64,000 nt of DNA from Christensenellaceae bacterium Phil7 (GTDB lineage Bacteria > Bacillota > Clostridia > Christensenellales > CAG-138), in contig MSGV01000001.1 of assembly GCA_001940845.1 (NCBI GenBank), positions 25,975 to 89,974 on the forward strand, read 5' to 3'. Made by a program: the position numbers and the translations under genes. How positions within the stretch are numbered: position 1 is the stretch's first letter; each line of letters starts with the position of its first letter. Shown piece by piece: positions 8,688 through 17,615 of this stretch. A model generated the notes under the pieces. It had not been told where the DNA came from and did not search any database. It saw only the letters and a list, made by a program, of their open reading frames with translations.

Positions 8688-10493
8688 TTAATATACATCG
8701 TTAAGAAATCCGTATCTGCCTTCAAAGCGACCTTTGGTAAAGGTAATGACGGTCGCCCCGGAAGTAGTATAATCTAAATTGGGGATGTGATCGAGGTTTT
8801 CAACCACAATCATCTGCCCCTCGACCTGGTTATTCATGAAATACTTAAACAGAGCCGTTCTCATGCTTTCCGGCGCAGCATCATCTACGCCTTGGTCAAG
8901 ACCCAAGAGCGGAGTATCAATGATAAGCAGGCCAGGTTTGTACTTCGCATCCTTCGCCAGATACCGTCTGAACATGAGCGCCACAACCGTATTAAGAAAC
9001 GCACGGTATCCCTTTCCGTGGTTGGTAGATTTCTTTCCACCATTCACTTCGATATCAAAGTCGGTTAAATTGAATCGCGCAGAGGTCAGATTCTCGTAGT
9101 TGCACTCTTCGAGGATGCTCTTGGCATAACTGTCCATAGAAGCAAGAAAAGCATCATCAAAATACTCTTTGGGATGATACTTGAGCGTGTTATCGCCTTC
9201 CTCCGGGAGTTCTCTCAGATCCGTTGTCCAGCTATCAGAGAACGAGTCAATAACATCCATCTCGTGTTTTAGACGGATATACGCACGATAGTTTTTCAGC
9301 GTGTCCTGCAGGGCATCCGCTTTGGGACGAAGCTGTTCACTGATAAGCGTTTCTATGTCCGTCCGCTTGGCGCAAAGTGCTGTCAACTCTGCTTCAATGT
9401 CAGCTTGTTCTTTTTGCACATCCGTCTCTGTTTCGCTCAAGCCATTCAACTGTGCAATAATTCTGGTGAGTTCAGCACGGGAGGCTTCAATATAGGACTT
9501 TCGGTCATGCACAGGCATTTTACCATCGCAGAAAGGACATTTTGCACTGTGAGGGACACTCTGATATTCAACTTCTCCTTCAACGATAAATGTGAGCCGT
9601 CTGATATCCCCGGTGTACTGACTTTTCAGTGCCTTATAGCGTGACAGCAGCACAGCACACTCTGCGGCTTTTTCTTCAACGGCCATGATCTGACCGAGGA
9701 GTTCTTTACTGTCGTTCACAGCTTGCGTGATTGCTGCATCTGTCTCCTCGATATCAGCAATGATGCGCGCAATTTCACCCTCAACATCTACATCTGAGAA
9801 TACAGCTATCTGCTCGGCAAGCACTTTCTTGCGGTCAGCAATTCCGCTGAGCTGCTTATTAACATACTCTTCGACTGCTTTACGGCGCGCAATGCGAATC
9901 TCCTTCTTGGTTTGGGCATCCGTCTCGGCGAAGTCACGACCACTGATCAAATACAGTAAGGCAGATAAAAATGAGGTTTTCTCTGTGTACTGCTCCGGCA
10001 CGATGATGGATTCGGATTTACCAATATCATTCTCGTTAATATAGATCAGGTTCAAAAGGGTGCGCCAAGTCAGGTGCTTCTTTTCAAAATCACTGTTTTT
10101 GACGATCATCGGCTCACCGTAAATTCCCAGCAGTTTAAGCCAAACGGAATTGATCACTGGATTCTTCTGATTCTTTTTATATCCAATATCGTAAGAGCCA
10201 TTTTCAATATAGGGGATGTCGCTCTCAACCTGAATTTGATTCTTGCCAATGGAACGGTCCAAAGTCACCTCACCATCCGGGGTAACGATCCGCATGGTAA
10301 CACGGGAATAGCCCGTACTTTTGTCAAACGGTTTCTCCGAGCTGCCAAATATAAAATCAATACATTTTACAATACAGGTTTTACCCGTGTCCGAGTAGCC
10401 CTGGATAATGTTCAGCCCCTTACCAAAGGAAACGATAGCGTCACTTTTCCCGCTGCCGTGTGCGGTTATGCTTTGAATGTAAAAACCAGACAT
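8688..10493 (-). CDS. Coiled-coil ABC/SMC-like ATPase (ABC-3C-type ATPase component)
   Basis: Walker A GYSDTGKT near the N-terminus. A long heptad-rich insert carries CPFCDG (zinc-hook-like) near its middle. Walker B-like LLIIDTPLLGLD lies near the C-terminus. ATG 10493 (MSGFYIQ) sits 8 nt after GGAGG, whereas the track's GTG 10502 abuts the SD. Confidence 0.8.
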   Translation of the reverse strand: MSGFYIQSITAHGSGKSDAIVSFGKGLNIIQGYSDTGKTCIVKCIDFIFGSSEKPFDKSTGYSRVTMRIVTPDGEVTLDRSIGKNQIQVESDIPYIENGSYDIGYKKNQKNPVINSVWLKLLGIYGEPMIVKNSDFEKKHLTWRTLLNLIYINENDIGKSESIIVPEQYTEKTSFLSALLYLISGRDFAETDAQTKKEIRIARRKAVEEYVNKQLSGIADRKKVLAEQIAVFSDVDVEGEIARIIADIEETDAAITQAVNDSKELLGQIMAVEEKAAECAVLLSRYKALKSQYTGDIRRLTFIVEGEVEYQSVPHSAKCPFCDGKMPVHDRKSYIEASRAELTRIIAQLNGLSETETDVQKEQADIEAELTALCAKRTDIETLISEQLRPKADALQDTLKNYRAYIRLKHEMDVIDSFSDSWTTDLRELPEEGDNTLKYHPKEYFDDAFLASMDSYAKSILEECNYENLTSARFNLTDFDIEVNGGKKSTNHGKGYRAFLNTVVALMFRRYLAKDAKYKPGLLIIDTPLLGLDQGVDDAAPESMRTALFKYFMNNQVEGQMIVVENLDHIPNLDYTTSGATVITFTKGRFEGRYGFLNDVY

Positions 10494-10498
10494 TCGGG

Positions 10499-10945
10499 TC
10501 ACCTCCTTAATGCCTCTGCGGACTTTCTGCTGATTGCGGTCATAAGTTCCACTTCGGAAGCCTCTGCATATTTTTTATGTGTGGTCTTGACTAACTGCCG
10601 ATAAGTATTGGCATACTCCGTTTTCTGACCATGACAAAATCTATAGCCTGTTTCCGTAATTTTATAACAGAACCCCTCGCTTTGACGAGTCGCTTTCACA
10701 AGCCCATCCAGCACCAAAGTTTTCAACGCTTCCTGGAGAACTGCCCGGCGGGTAGACAGTTCACTGAACCCGTAATCGTTATCTCCGTGGAGATTGGAAT
10801 CTGCAATTCCAAAGTGTCTACCGTAAATTGCAATAAAATCGTAGGCAACAATGCGATCAAGGGTCATATTTTTGCCCTCTGTTACCGACAGTAACAGTAA
10901 AGCCCGCAGGGACACCTCAAATGAACTATTAAACAGTTTCATCAT
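10499..10945 (-). CDS. Small wHTH-like protein (ABC-3C middle-component-like)
   Basis: ~148 aa (MMKLFNSSFEVSLRALLLL...), or 158 aa if the 10975 start is used. It overlaps both neighbours. Size and position between the CTD protein and the ABC ATPase fit the three-component layout. Family assignment is from memory only. Confidence 0.55.
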   Translation of the reverse strand: MMKLFNSSFEVSLRALLLLSVTEGKNMTLDRIVAYDFIAIYGRHFGIADSNLHGDNDYGFSELSTRRAVLQEALKTLVLDGLVKATRQSEGFCYKITETGYRFCHGQKTEYANTYRQLVKTTHKKYAEASEVELMTAISRKSAEALRR

Positions 10946-11936
10946 CGAACACCCACGATTCAATCGTACCGTCATTCACAAGAATGTGACAGACGCCCTT
11001 TTTCTCAAGATTACTGATGAGTCCTCTGACTTTGGACAAATCGGACTTATCCAAGGTCGTATTTGTTATTTTCTCCAAAACCGCGATCAAACGGGCATAA
11101 CCGTGTTCATAGTCCTTCCAGTAAGTTGGCTTAATGCCCTCATAAGCATCGTCTTTTAGGTCTTGGAACAGAGATTCGCCGTTTTCAAACACTTCTCTTG
11201 CGGAACGATGCACATTGTCCGCACTGTAATATGCTTTTCGCTGATCGGCAAAATCAATGCGGTACCGTTTGGGGAGCTTATCCACTTCGCTACTAGAGAT
11301 GGAGTCCTTATTCAACGCATCCGCATAGGCTCGTAAAAGCTGTTCGATATACGGCAACTCATGCGGAGCGATATCTGTTGGCGGCTGCAACTGCTGCGGA
11401 AGTTCAATCGTGATACCGTCAATATGCACCTTCCCATCTTGGATGTATGCCGTAGCAACCGGCACACCGTTTATCTTTTCGCCTGCCTCTGTAACTTGCA
11501 TATCGGGAATTAACTTTACACTCGATACCCCGGCAGCCAAACTATGTAAAATCTGGCTGCAAATTTCGGCACAACGCTCATCTACAGTGTCCTCAGTGGT
11601 TACGATGCCCTTTTCTGCCAAAGAAGCGCAAAGCTGGCTTTGGGCATCAAAAGGCAGAGCGTGTAAGGCATCCACCAATTTAGTCGTTGAGAAATGATTG
11701 CAGATAATAGATGCGTTTCTCTGGCTGATGTTTCGATTCCCGTTATAAACCTTATTCAGCAAGTTCTGGCTCAGAGAAGCTAACGGGTTGTAGGTATCAT
11801 TTTCGCTGGAAGCGATATCCACTTCATCAGAAGGATCTTCCATGACCATGTCGATCAGGGACAGAACATATGCAGGGATTTCTTGACCCTTACCGATATG
11901 GGAATACAGCATTTTTGCAAAATCGCTGAAGTTCAT
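10929..11936 (-). CDS. First gene of the three-gene module; ABC-3C C-terminal-domain-like protein with no recognisable enzymatic effector domain
   Basis: 335 aa with SD AAGGAG 7 nt upstream. The C-terminal half (RYRIDFADQRKAYYSADNVHRSAREVFENG...) resembles my recollection of the ABC-3C CTD. The N-terminal half has no catalytic motif I can recognise. Confidence 0.5.
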   Translation of the reverse strand: MNFSDFAKMLYSHIGKGQEIPAYVLSLIDMVMEDPSDEVDIASSENDTYNPLASLSQNLLNKVYNGNRNISQRNASIICNHFSTTKLVDALHALPFDAQSQLCASLAEKGIVTTEDTVDERCAEICSQILHSLAAGVSSVKLIPDMQVTEAGEKINGVPVATAYIQDGKVHIDGITIELPQQLQPPTDIAPHELPYIEQLLRAYADALNKDSISSSEVDKLPKRYRIDFADQRKAYYSADNVHRSAREVFENGESLFQDLKDDAYEGIKPTYWKDYEHGYARLIAVLEKITNTTLDKSDLSKVRGLISNLEKKGVCHILVNDGTIESWVFDDETV

Positions 11937-11983
11937 AGAACGACTCCTTCCTCAAAAAATTGATTTGTACATTCATGTCCAAT

Positions 11984-12021
11984 GACGTCCTCCCATGTCA
12001 AATGGGTGGGCGTCTTTTTTT
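11984..12021 (+). terminator. Orphan Rho-independent terminator-like hairpin
   Basis: GACGTCCTCCCAT-gtcaa-ATGGGTGGGCGTC forms a 13-position stem with one mismatch and one G-U pair, followed by TTTTTTT. There is no plus-strand gene upstream. Confidence 0.45.
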
Positions 12022-12096
12022 ATACAATATAGGCGGAAACCACGAAACGCAATGGTTTTGCCAAATTGGGTGGGGACAAGTTTCTACTCGAAATTC

Positions 12097-12125
12097 ATTA
12101 TAGCACATATATGTGAACTTTTCTA
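12097..12125 (-). promoter_or_regulatory. Candidate extended -10 promoter for the minus-strand island operon
   Basis: The minus strand reads TGCTATAAT (nt 12105-12097), with a weak -35 TAGAAA 17 nt upstream. Confidence 0.35.
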
Positions 12126-12358
12126 CCACTTTTGCTGATAATGTGTTTGCGTTCACAGAAAATCCATCGCAAAAGCGAATTTAGCGTTTCCAATCCACCA
12201 TCCTCAGCATCACCTGATCACTGATGGCTCAACTGTGGGTGGCGAACAAGTAAATTGCACGGCTGCCTATTGAGCGGGTCAGCCGCAAGCCGAAACGGAG
12301 AATCTCCGTCAGGACTGCGGTTTTTTCACTGCGCCCATTTTTTGCAGCCGACCCGATT

Positions 12359-12388
12359 CCTCCGTTTCGAGAAATTCGAAATCGGAGG
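12359..12388 (+). promoter_or_regulatory. Hairpin sequestering the SD of the sigma-like gene
   Basis: CCTCCGTTTCGA-gaaat-TCGAAATCGGAGG gives about 12 bp with one bulge. Its 3' arm contains the GGAGG that lies 8 nt before ATG 12397. Confidence 0.4.
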
Positions 12389-12396
12389 AATTTTTT

Positions 12397-12786
12397 ATGA
12401 AAGTCAAGTACGAATTTGCAACTGAAACCGTGGAAATTGAGGTCAGCGATGATTGGGGCAATATCCTCATCGACCTTGACCGCCAGGATTACAACATCGA
12501 CCACAAGGAGACCCGGAGGCATTGCTCTCTGGAGGCTCTGGATGTGGACGGCAATCTGCTCCCCTCCGATGAGGATGTGCTGGCAGAGGTCATCAATGGG
12601 ACGGAGGCTGAGCGGCTACACCGTGCCATCGCCCAACTGGAACCGCAACAGCAAGAACTGGTCAAAGCCATCTACTTCGAGGGAGTCCCGGTTGGCGAGT
12701 ATGCCAAGCGGTGTGGTACCTCCCAACCCTCGATCTCCCGGCGCAAAGACCGCATTCTAAAATCTCTGAAAAAAATTCTGGGGTGA
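12397..12786 (+). CDS. Sigma-70 region-4-like DNA-binding regulator
   Basis: The C-terminus LEPQQQELVKAIYFEGVPVGEYAKRCGTSQPSISRRKDRILKSLKKIL has a region 4.2 HTH pattern. Confidence 0.7.
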   Translation: MKVKYEFATETVEIEVSDDWGNILIDLDRQDYNIDHKETRRHCSLEALDVDGNLLPSDEDVLAEVINGTEAERLHRAIAQLEPQQQELVKAIYFEGVPVGEYAKRCGTSQPSISRRKDRILKSLKKILG

Positions 12787-12862
12787 CCGTTATATTTTCC
12801 CGTTCCCGTGGCCTACCAGTGAAAGGCACAGACAACACCGCCTTTCAGAAAGGATGAACGCC
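12785..12862 (+). repeat. Conserved leader box, copy A (second copy at 53860-53931)
   Basis: GACCGTTATATTTTCCCGTTCCCGTGGCCTACC is followed by a stem-loop and TCAGAAAGG, then N8 and ATG. It is nearly identical to copy B. Confidence 0.7.
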
Positions 12863-13063
12863 ATGAAACACAATCTCAGAATCAGCGTTTCAAAGGAACC
12901 CCAGACAGGCGGCATTGTTTCGTGCAGGAATCTGACCGTGCGTGAAAAACTGCTCCGATTCCTTCTGGGCAAGCAGGAACGGGTGATGGTTCTGATCCCC
13001 GGCAATACCGTGGAGTCGCTGTCCATCACCGAAATCCCGGAGGGAGGTGCGATGGTTGAGTAA
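12863..13063 (+). CDS. Hypothetical phage protein
   Basis: ORF-track frame. ATG 12863 is 8 nt after AGAAAGG, the same geometry as copy B upstream of 53932. Confidence 0.5.
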   Translation: MKHNLRISVSKEPQTGGIVSCRNLTVREKLLRFLLGKQERVMVLIPGNTVESLSITEIPEGGAMVE

Positions 13064-13421
13064 GGTCAAACTGCTCCTTGATGTCATCGAGGATTTGCGC
13101 TCCCTGGCTGACAGCATCCAGGCGGTTGCCGATGCCATGTGCCAGAGTGATGCCCCTACCGAGGAGACGGCTCCCATTCCGCAGGCCGCCCTGGAGCCCA
13201 CGCAAACGCCGATCACGCTGGAGGAAGTTCGTTCCGTGCTGGCAGACAAAAGCCATGACGGTAAAACCGAAGCTGTCCGTGCATTGCTCCAGAAGTACGG
13301 CGCACCCAAGCTGTCCGGCATCGACCCCAAACACTATAAGGCCCTACTTGCGGATGCGGAGAAATTAGGGGACCCCAAAAAGTCTCCAAACTTTTTGGGG
13401 AGAGGAGGAGCAGCGGAATGA
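13047..13421 (+). CDS. Hypothetical phage protein
   Basis: 124-aa ORF in the operon. The exact start is uncertain (GTG 13047 or TTG 13056). Confidence 0.5.
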   Translation: MRWLSKVKLLLDVIEDLRSLADSIQAVADAMCQSDAPTEETAPIPQAALEPTQTPITLEEVRSVLADKSHDGKTEAVRALLQKYGAPKLSGIDPKHYKALLADAEKLGDPKKSPNFLGRGGAAE

Positions 13422-14617
13422 ACGAGTTTTCTCGTTTACGGGGAAACGAGCGATATGAAGCTTGCGACGACGAGATGCCACCTACCAAACACGCCATTCT
13501 CTCCGCATCCTCTTCCCACCGCTGGCTGGGGTGTACGCCCTCTGCTCGGCTGGAGCAGGAATTTGAGAATCGGGAAACCGCCGCTGCCGCAGAAGGCACA
13601 GCCGCTCATGCCCTGGCAGAGCATAAACTCCGCAAGGCACTGAAGATGCGCTCCAAAAAGCCCGTCAGTCAGTACGACTGTGACGAGATGGACGGGTATA
13701 CGGATGACTATGTGGCATTCGTTATGGAGCAGTTCGAGCAGGCGGGTCAGAACTGCCATGACCCCAAAATCCTCATCGAGCAGCGGCTGGATTTTTCCTG
13801 CTATGTGCCGGACGGATTTGGGACCGGCGACTGTCTCATCGTTTCGGACAGACTCCTGCACATCATCGACTTTAAGTACGGCACGGGAGTCCTGGTGGAA
13901 GCCGAAGAAAATCCCCAGATGATGCTGTATGCCCTCGGCGCGCTCCGGCTCTTCGATTCTCTGTACGACATCGAAGAGGTGTCTATGTCCATTTTCCAAC
14001 CTCGCCGTGAGAATGTGTCCACCTGGACGATCTCCGTTGCTGACCTGATGGAATGGGTAGAAACCACGCTGAAGCCCAGAGCCGAGCTTGCCTACAAGGG
14101 CGAAGGCGACTACATCCCCGGCGCATGGTGTACCTTCTGCAAGGCGGCGGTGAAATGCCGTGCCAGAGCGGAGGCAAAGCTCCAGCTTGCCAAGTACGAA
14201 TTTGCCATGCCGCCTCTGCTGACCGATGCCGAGATCGAGGACATCCTCTCCCGGCTGGACAATCTCACCAAGTGGTCGAATGAGATCATGGCCTATGCCC
14301 AGGATGCCGCCATCAACCACGGCAAACAGTGGCACGGGTTCAAGCTGGTGGAGAGCCGCACCAATCGGAAGTACGCCGATGAGGAGGCGGTCATCGAAGC
14401 TGCCAGAGCTGCCGGGTACACCGACATTTTCAAGAAGAGCCTGATTCCCATCACAGAGATGGAACGGCTCATGGGCAAGAAAACCTTCAAAGAAGTCCTC
14501 GGTGGCCTTGTTATCAAGCCCCAGGGCAAACCGACCCTTGTTCCCGCATCTGACAAGCGGCCGGCAATAATCATCGCAGATGTAAATCAAGATTTTACTG
14601 AATTTATGGAGGAATAA
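13418..14617 (+). CDS. PD-(D/E)XK-type nuclease, DUF2800-like (Cas4-like with C-terminal Cys cluster)
   Basis: Contains SASSSHRWLGCTPS, EGTAAHALAEH, DCLIVSD...IIDFKYG and CTFCKAAVKC. This family typically pairs with DUF2815 and PolA genes. Confidence 0.75.
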   Translation: MNEFSRLRGNERYEACDDEMPPTKHAILSASSSHRWLGCTPSARLEQEFENRETAAAAEGTAAHALAEHKLRKALKMRSKKPVSQYDCDEMDGYTDDYVAFVMEQFEQAGQNCHDPKILIEQRLDFSCYVPDGFGTGDCLIVSDRLLHIIDFKYGTGVLVEAEENPQMMLYALGALRLFDSLYDIEEVSMSIFQPRRENVSTWTISVADLMEWVETTLKPRAELAYKGEGDYIPGAWCTFCKAAVKCRARAEAKLQLAKYEFAMPPLLTDAEIEDILSRLDNLTKWSNEIMAYAQDAAINHGKQWHGFKLVESRTNRKYADEEAVIEAARAAGYTDIFKKSLIPITEMERLMGKKTFKEVLGGLVIKPQGKPTLVPASDKRPAIIIADVNQDFTEFMEE

Positions 14618-14621
14618 AACT

Positions 14622-15173
14622 ATGTCTACTACTCAGAAGAACACCACGAAGGTTGTTACCGGGATCGTCCGTCTGTCCTACGCCAATGTCTGGGAACCCG
14701 CTTCCATCAACGGCAGCGCACCCAAGTACAGCGTTTCCCTCATCATCCCCAAGAGCGACACCAAAACGCTGGATGCCATCAATGCGGCTGTGGAAACCGC
14801 TATCCGTGAGGGTGCTGCCAAGTTCGGCGGCAAGATCCCCAACAAGGCGGCTCTGAAGCTCCCCCTGCGTGACGGCGATCTGGAGCGTGACGATGAAGCC
14901 TACAAGGGTTCCTACTTCGTCAACGCCAACAGCACCACGGCTCCCCAGATCGTGGATCGCAGTGTGAACCCCATTCTGGATCGCAGCGAGGTCTACTCCG
15001 GCTGTTATGCCCGTGTATCCCTGAACTTCTACGCATTCAATTCCAGTGGCAATAAGGGGATCGCGTGTGGTCTGGGCAACATCCAGAAGGTCAAGGACGG
15101 AGAGCCTCTGGGTGGTCGCAGCTCTGCGGCTGACGATTTCGCAACCGATCTGGATGACGATTTCCTGTCCTGA
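14622..15173 (+). CDS. DUF2815-like phage ssDNA-binding protein
   Basis: GIVRLSYANVWEP...KYSVSLIIPKSD with an acidic tail DDFATDLDDDFLS, which is SSB-like. Confidence 0.7.
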   Translation: MSTTQKNTTKVVTGIVRLSYANVWEPASINGSAPKYSVSLIIPKSDTKTLDAINAAVETAIREGAAKFGGKIPNKAALKLPLRDGDLERDDEAYKGSYFVNANSTTAPQIVDRSVNPILDRSEVYSGCYARVSLNFYAFNSSGNKGIACGLGNIQKVKDGEPLGGRSSAADDFATDLDDDFLS

Positions 15174-15238
15174 TCCCCAAGCGGTGTGGGTGGTGGAGGG
15201 TAACCTCTGCCACCCCTGCGCCGCAGGAAGGAGTGCCT

Positions 15239-17179
15239 ATGAAGAATTTATCCATTGACGTCGAGACCTACTCCTCGGTGAACCTGGCGAAGAGTGGTGT
15301 CTATCGTTACTGCGACTGCCCGGATTTTGAAATCCTGCTCTTCGGTTATTCCGCAGACGGCGGTCCCGTCCAGGTGGTCGATCTGACAGCAGGAGAAAAA
15401 CTGCCTGATGCAGTCCGAACCGCGCTGACCGATGCCACTGTTACCAAGTGGGCATTCAATGCACAGTTCGAGCGTGTTTGTTTATCGAGGTTCCTCGCTC
15501 TGCCCGTTGGCACCTACCTCGACCCGGCATCCTGGCGATGCACGATGGTCTGGGCAGCGACCCTGGGCCTGCCGCTTTCGCTTGAAGGCGTTGGTGCGGT
15601 GCTGGGGCTGGAGAAGCAGAAGCTGAAGGAAGGCAAAGACCTCATCCGCTATTTCTGCACCCCCTCCAAGACCAAGAACGGCGATACGCTCCGGCACTAT
15701 CCGGCTGATGCCCCGGACAAATGGGCGACCTTCAAAGCCTATAACCTTCGGGATGTGGAAACCGAAATGGCGATCCAGGAGAGGCTCCGCAAGTTTCCCG
15801 TGCCGGACAGCGAGTGGGTCAATTACCACCTTGACCAGCAGATCAACGACCGGGGCATCATGCTTGACCGAAAACTGGTCGCCCAGGCGATCCGCTGTGA
15901 TGAGGAATTTAAGCGCACCCACATGGAGCAGGCTCGTTCTGTGACCGGGTTGGAGAACCCCAATTCCCCGGCGCAGCTCAAAGCATGGCTTGCCGAAAAA
16001 GGGGTCGAAGCCGAATCCCTCTCCAAAGCGGCTGTGATGCAGATGCTGGAGGAGGCAGATGGCGAGGTGGAACTTGCGTTGTCTCTGCGGCAAGAACTGG
16101 CGAAAAGCAGCGTGAAGAAATACACCGCAATGGAAACGGTGGTCGGCTCGGACGACCGTGCCAGAGGGCTGATCCAGTTTTATGGGGCGAACCGTACTGG
16201 CCGATACGCCGGGCGGCTCGTCCAGGTGCAGAATCTGCCGCAAAACCACCTGCCCGATCTGGAGCAGGTTCGGTCGCTGATCCGCAACGGAGATTTTTCT
16301 GCCGTGGAAATGCTCTACGATTCTGTGCCGCTGGTGTTATCTGAACTGATACGCACCGCCTTCATCCCCAAGCCGGGATGCCGATTCTTCGTTGCCGACT
16401 TTGCGGCTATCGAGGCAAGAGTGATCGCCTGGATCGCCGGGGAGTCCTGGCGGCAGGATGTATTTGCCCAGGGCGGCGACATTTACTGCGCCTCTGCAAG
16501 TCAAATGTTCCATGTCCCCGTGGAGAAACATGGGCAGAACGCCCACCTCCGGCAAAAGGGCAAGATCGCAGAACTGGCTCTGGGCTATGGCGGTTCGGTC
16601 GGTGCGCTGAAGGCAATGGGCGCACTGAACTATGGCCTGACCGAGCTGGAACTGAAACCGCTGGTGGATGCTTGGCGGCAATCCAATCCTCGCATCTGCC
16701 GCTTTTGGTGGGATGTAGACACAGCCGCAAAGACCTGCATCAAAGAACGCACCGCCACAGAGACCCACGGCATCCGCTTCTTCTATCAGAGCGGCATGAT
16801 GTTCATCGTCCTGCCCTCCGGCAGAAAGCTCACCTATGTAAAACCCAAGATGGGGACCAATCGTTTCGGCGGCGAGTCCGTCACCTATGAGGGTGTGGGT
16901 GAACAGAAAAAGTGGATACGGCTGGAAAGCTACGGTCCCAAATTTGTGGAGAACATCGTCCAGGCGACCGCCCGTGACATTCTTGCCGAGGCAATGCTCC
17001 GGCTGGATGCCGCCGGGTACAAGATCGTGATGCACGTCCATGACGAGGCAGTGATCGAAGCCCCTGCGGAAACCTCTCTGGAGGACATCTGCCGGGTCAT
17101 GGGACAAGCCCCGACCTGGGCAAACGGATTATTACTGCGAGCGGATGGCTACATCTGCGATTTCTATAAGAAAGACTGA
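15239..17179 (+). CDS. Family A DNA polymerase with 3'-5' exonuclease domain
   Basis: Exo I motif LSIDVETYS, and polymerase motifs DFAAIEARVIAW, RQKGKIAELALGYGG and VHDEAV. ATG 15239 follows AAGGAG. Confidence 0.9.
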   Translation: MKNLSIDVETYSSVNLAKSGVYRYCDCPDFEILLFGYSADGGPVQVVDLTAGEKLPDAVRTALTDATVTKWAFNAQFERVCLSRFLALPVGTYLDPASWRCTMVWAATLGLPLSLEGVGAVLGLEKQKLKEGKDLIRYFCTPSKTKNGDTLRHYPADAPDKWATFKAYNLRDVETEMAIQERLRKFPVPDSEWVNYHLDQQINDRGIMLDRKLVAQAIRCDEEFKRTHMEQARSVTGLENPNSPAQLKAWLAEKGVEAESLSKAAVMQMLEEADGEVELALSLRQELAKSSVKKYTAMETVVGSDDRARGLIQFYGANRTGRYAGRLVQVQNLPQNHLPDLEQVRSLIRNGDFSAVEMLYDSVPLVLSELIRTAFIPKPGCRFFVADFAAIEARVIAWIAGESWRQDVFAQGGDIYCASASQMFHVPVEKHGQNAHLRQKGKIAELALGYGGSVGALKAMGALNYGLTELELKPLVDAWRQSNPRICRFWWDVDTAAKTCIKERTATETHGIRFFYQSGMMFIVLPSGRKLTYVKPKMGTNRFGGESVTYEGVGEQKKWIRLESYGPKFVENIVQATARDILAEAMLRLDAAGYKIVMHVHDEAVIEAPAETSLEDICRVMGQAPTWANGLLLRADGYICDFYKKD

Positions 17180-17189
17180 GGTGACCCCG

Positions 17190-17615
17190 ATGGGTGTTAA
17201 TTTACGAAACAGCGAGGGCTATTACGATCCGACTGCGTATCTGGCCCTGACCAATATTGAGCAAGAGGCGAAAGCGGCTCGTGCCTTTCGGCCTGTGGTG
17301 TATATCTGCTCTCCGCTCTCTGGGGCGGTGGAGGATAACCAGGCAAAGGCCAGAGGATACTGCCGCTTTGCGGTGGACAGAGGGTACATCCCTCTGGCAC
17401 CCCACATTTACTTTACCCAATTCATGAACGATGCCAGTGCCAAAGACCGCAATTTGGCTCTGTTCATGGACATCGTCCTACTTTCCAAGTGCGCGGAACT
17501 GTGGGTGTTTGGAGAAACCATCTCCCAGGGCATGAGCATCGAGATCGAGAAGGCCAAGCGGAAGGGTCAGCTTATCCGCTACTTCACTGAGGATTGCAAG
17601 GAGGTACGCAGATGA
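17190..17615 (+). CDS. DUF4406 / nucleoside 2-deoxyribosyltransferase-like protein
   Basis: VYICSPLSG...PLAPHIYF...CAELWVFGETISQGMSIEIEKAKRKG. ATG 17190 follows GAGGTG. Confidence 0.55.
   Translation: MGVNLRNSEGYYDPTAYLALTNIEQEAKAARAFRPVVYICSPLSGAVEDNQAKARGYCRFAVDRGYIPLAPHIYFTQFMNDASAKDRNLALFMDIVLLSKCAELWVFGETISQGMSIEIEKAKRKGQLIRYFTEDCKEVRR

Noticed and set aside
12229-12522. 97-aa minus-strand ORF spanning the island/prophage junction
   Set aside because: It overlaps the start of the sigma-like gene in antisense, has no SD and has an odd composition. The region is better explained as regulatory hairpins.
13436-14590. 384-aa minus-strand ORF antisense to the DUF2800 nuclease gene
   Set aside because: It lies entirely within a well-supported plus-strand gene. 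Its composition is Gly/Arg/Pro/Leu-rich and low in complexity, it has no SD, and it shows no recognisable motif. This is typical shadow-ORF behaviour in GC-rich coding DNA.
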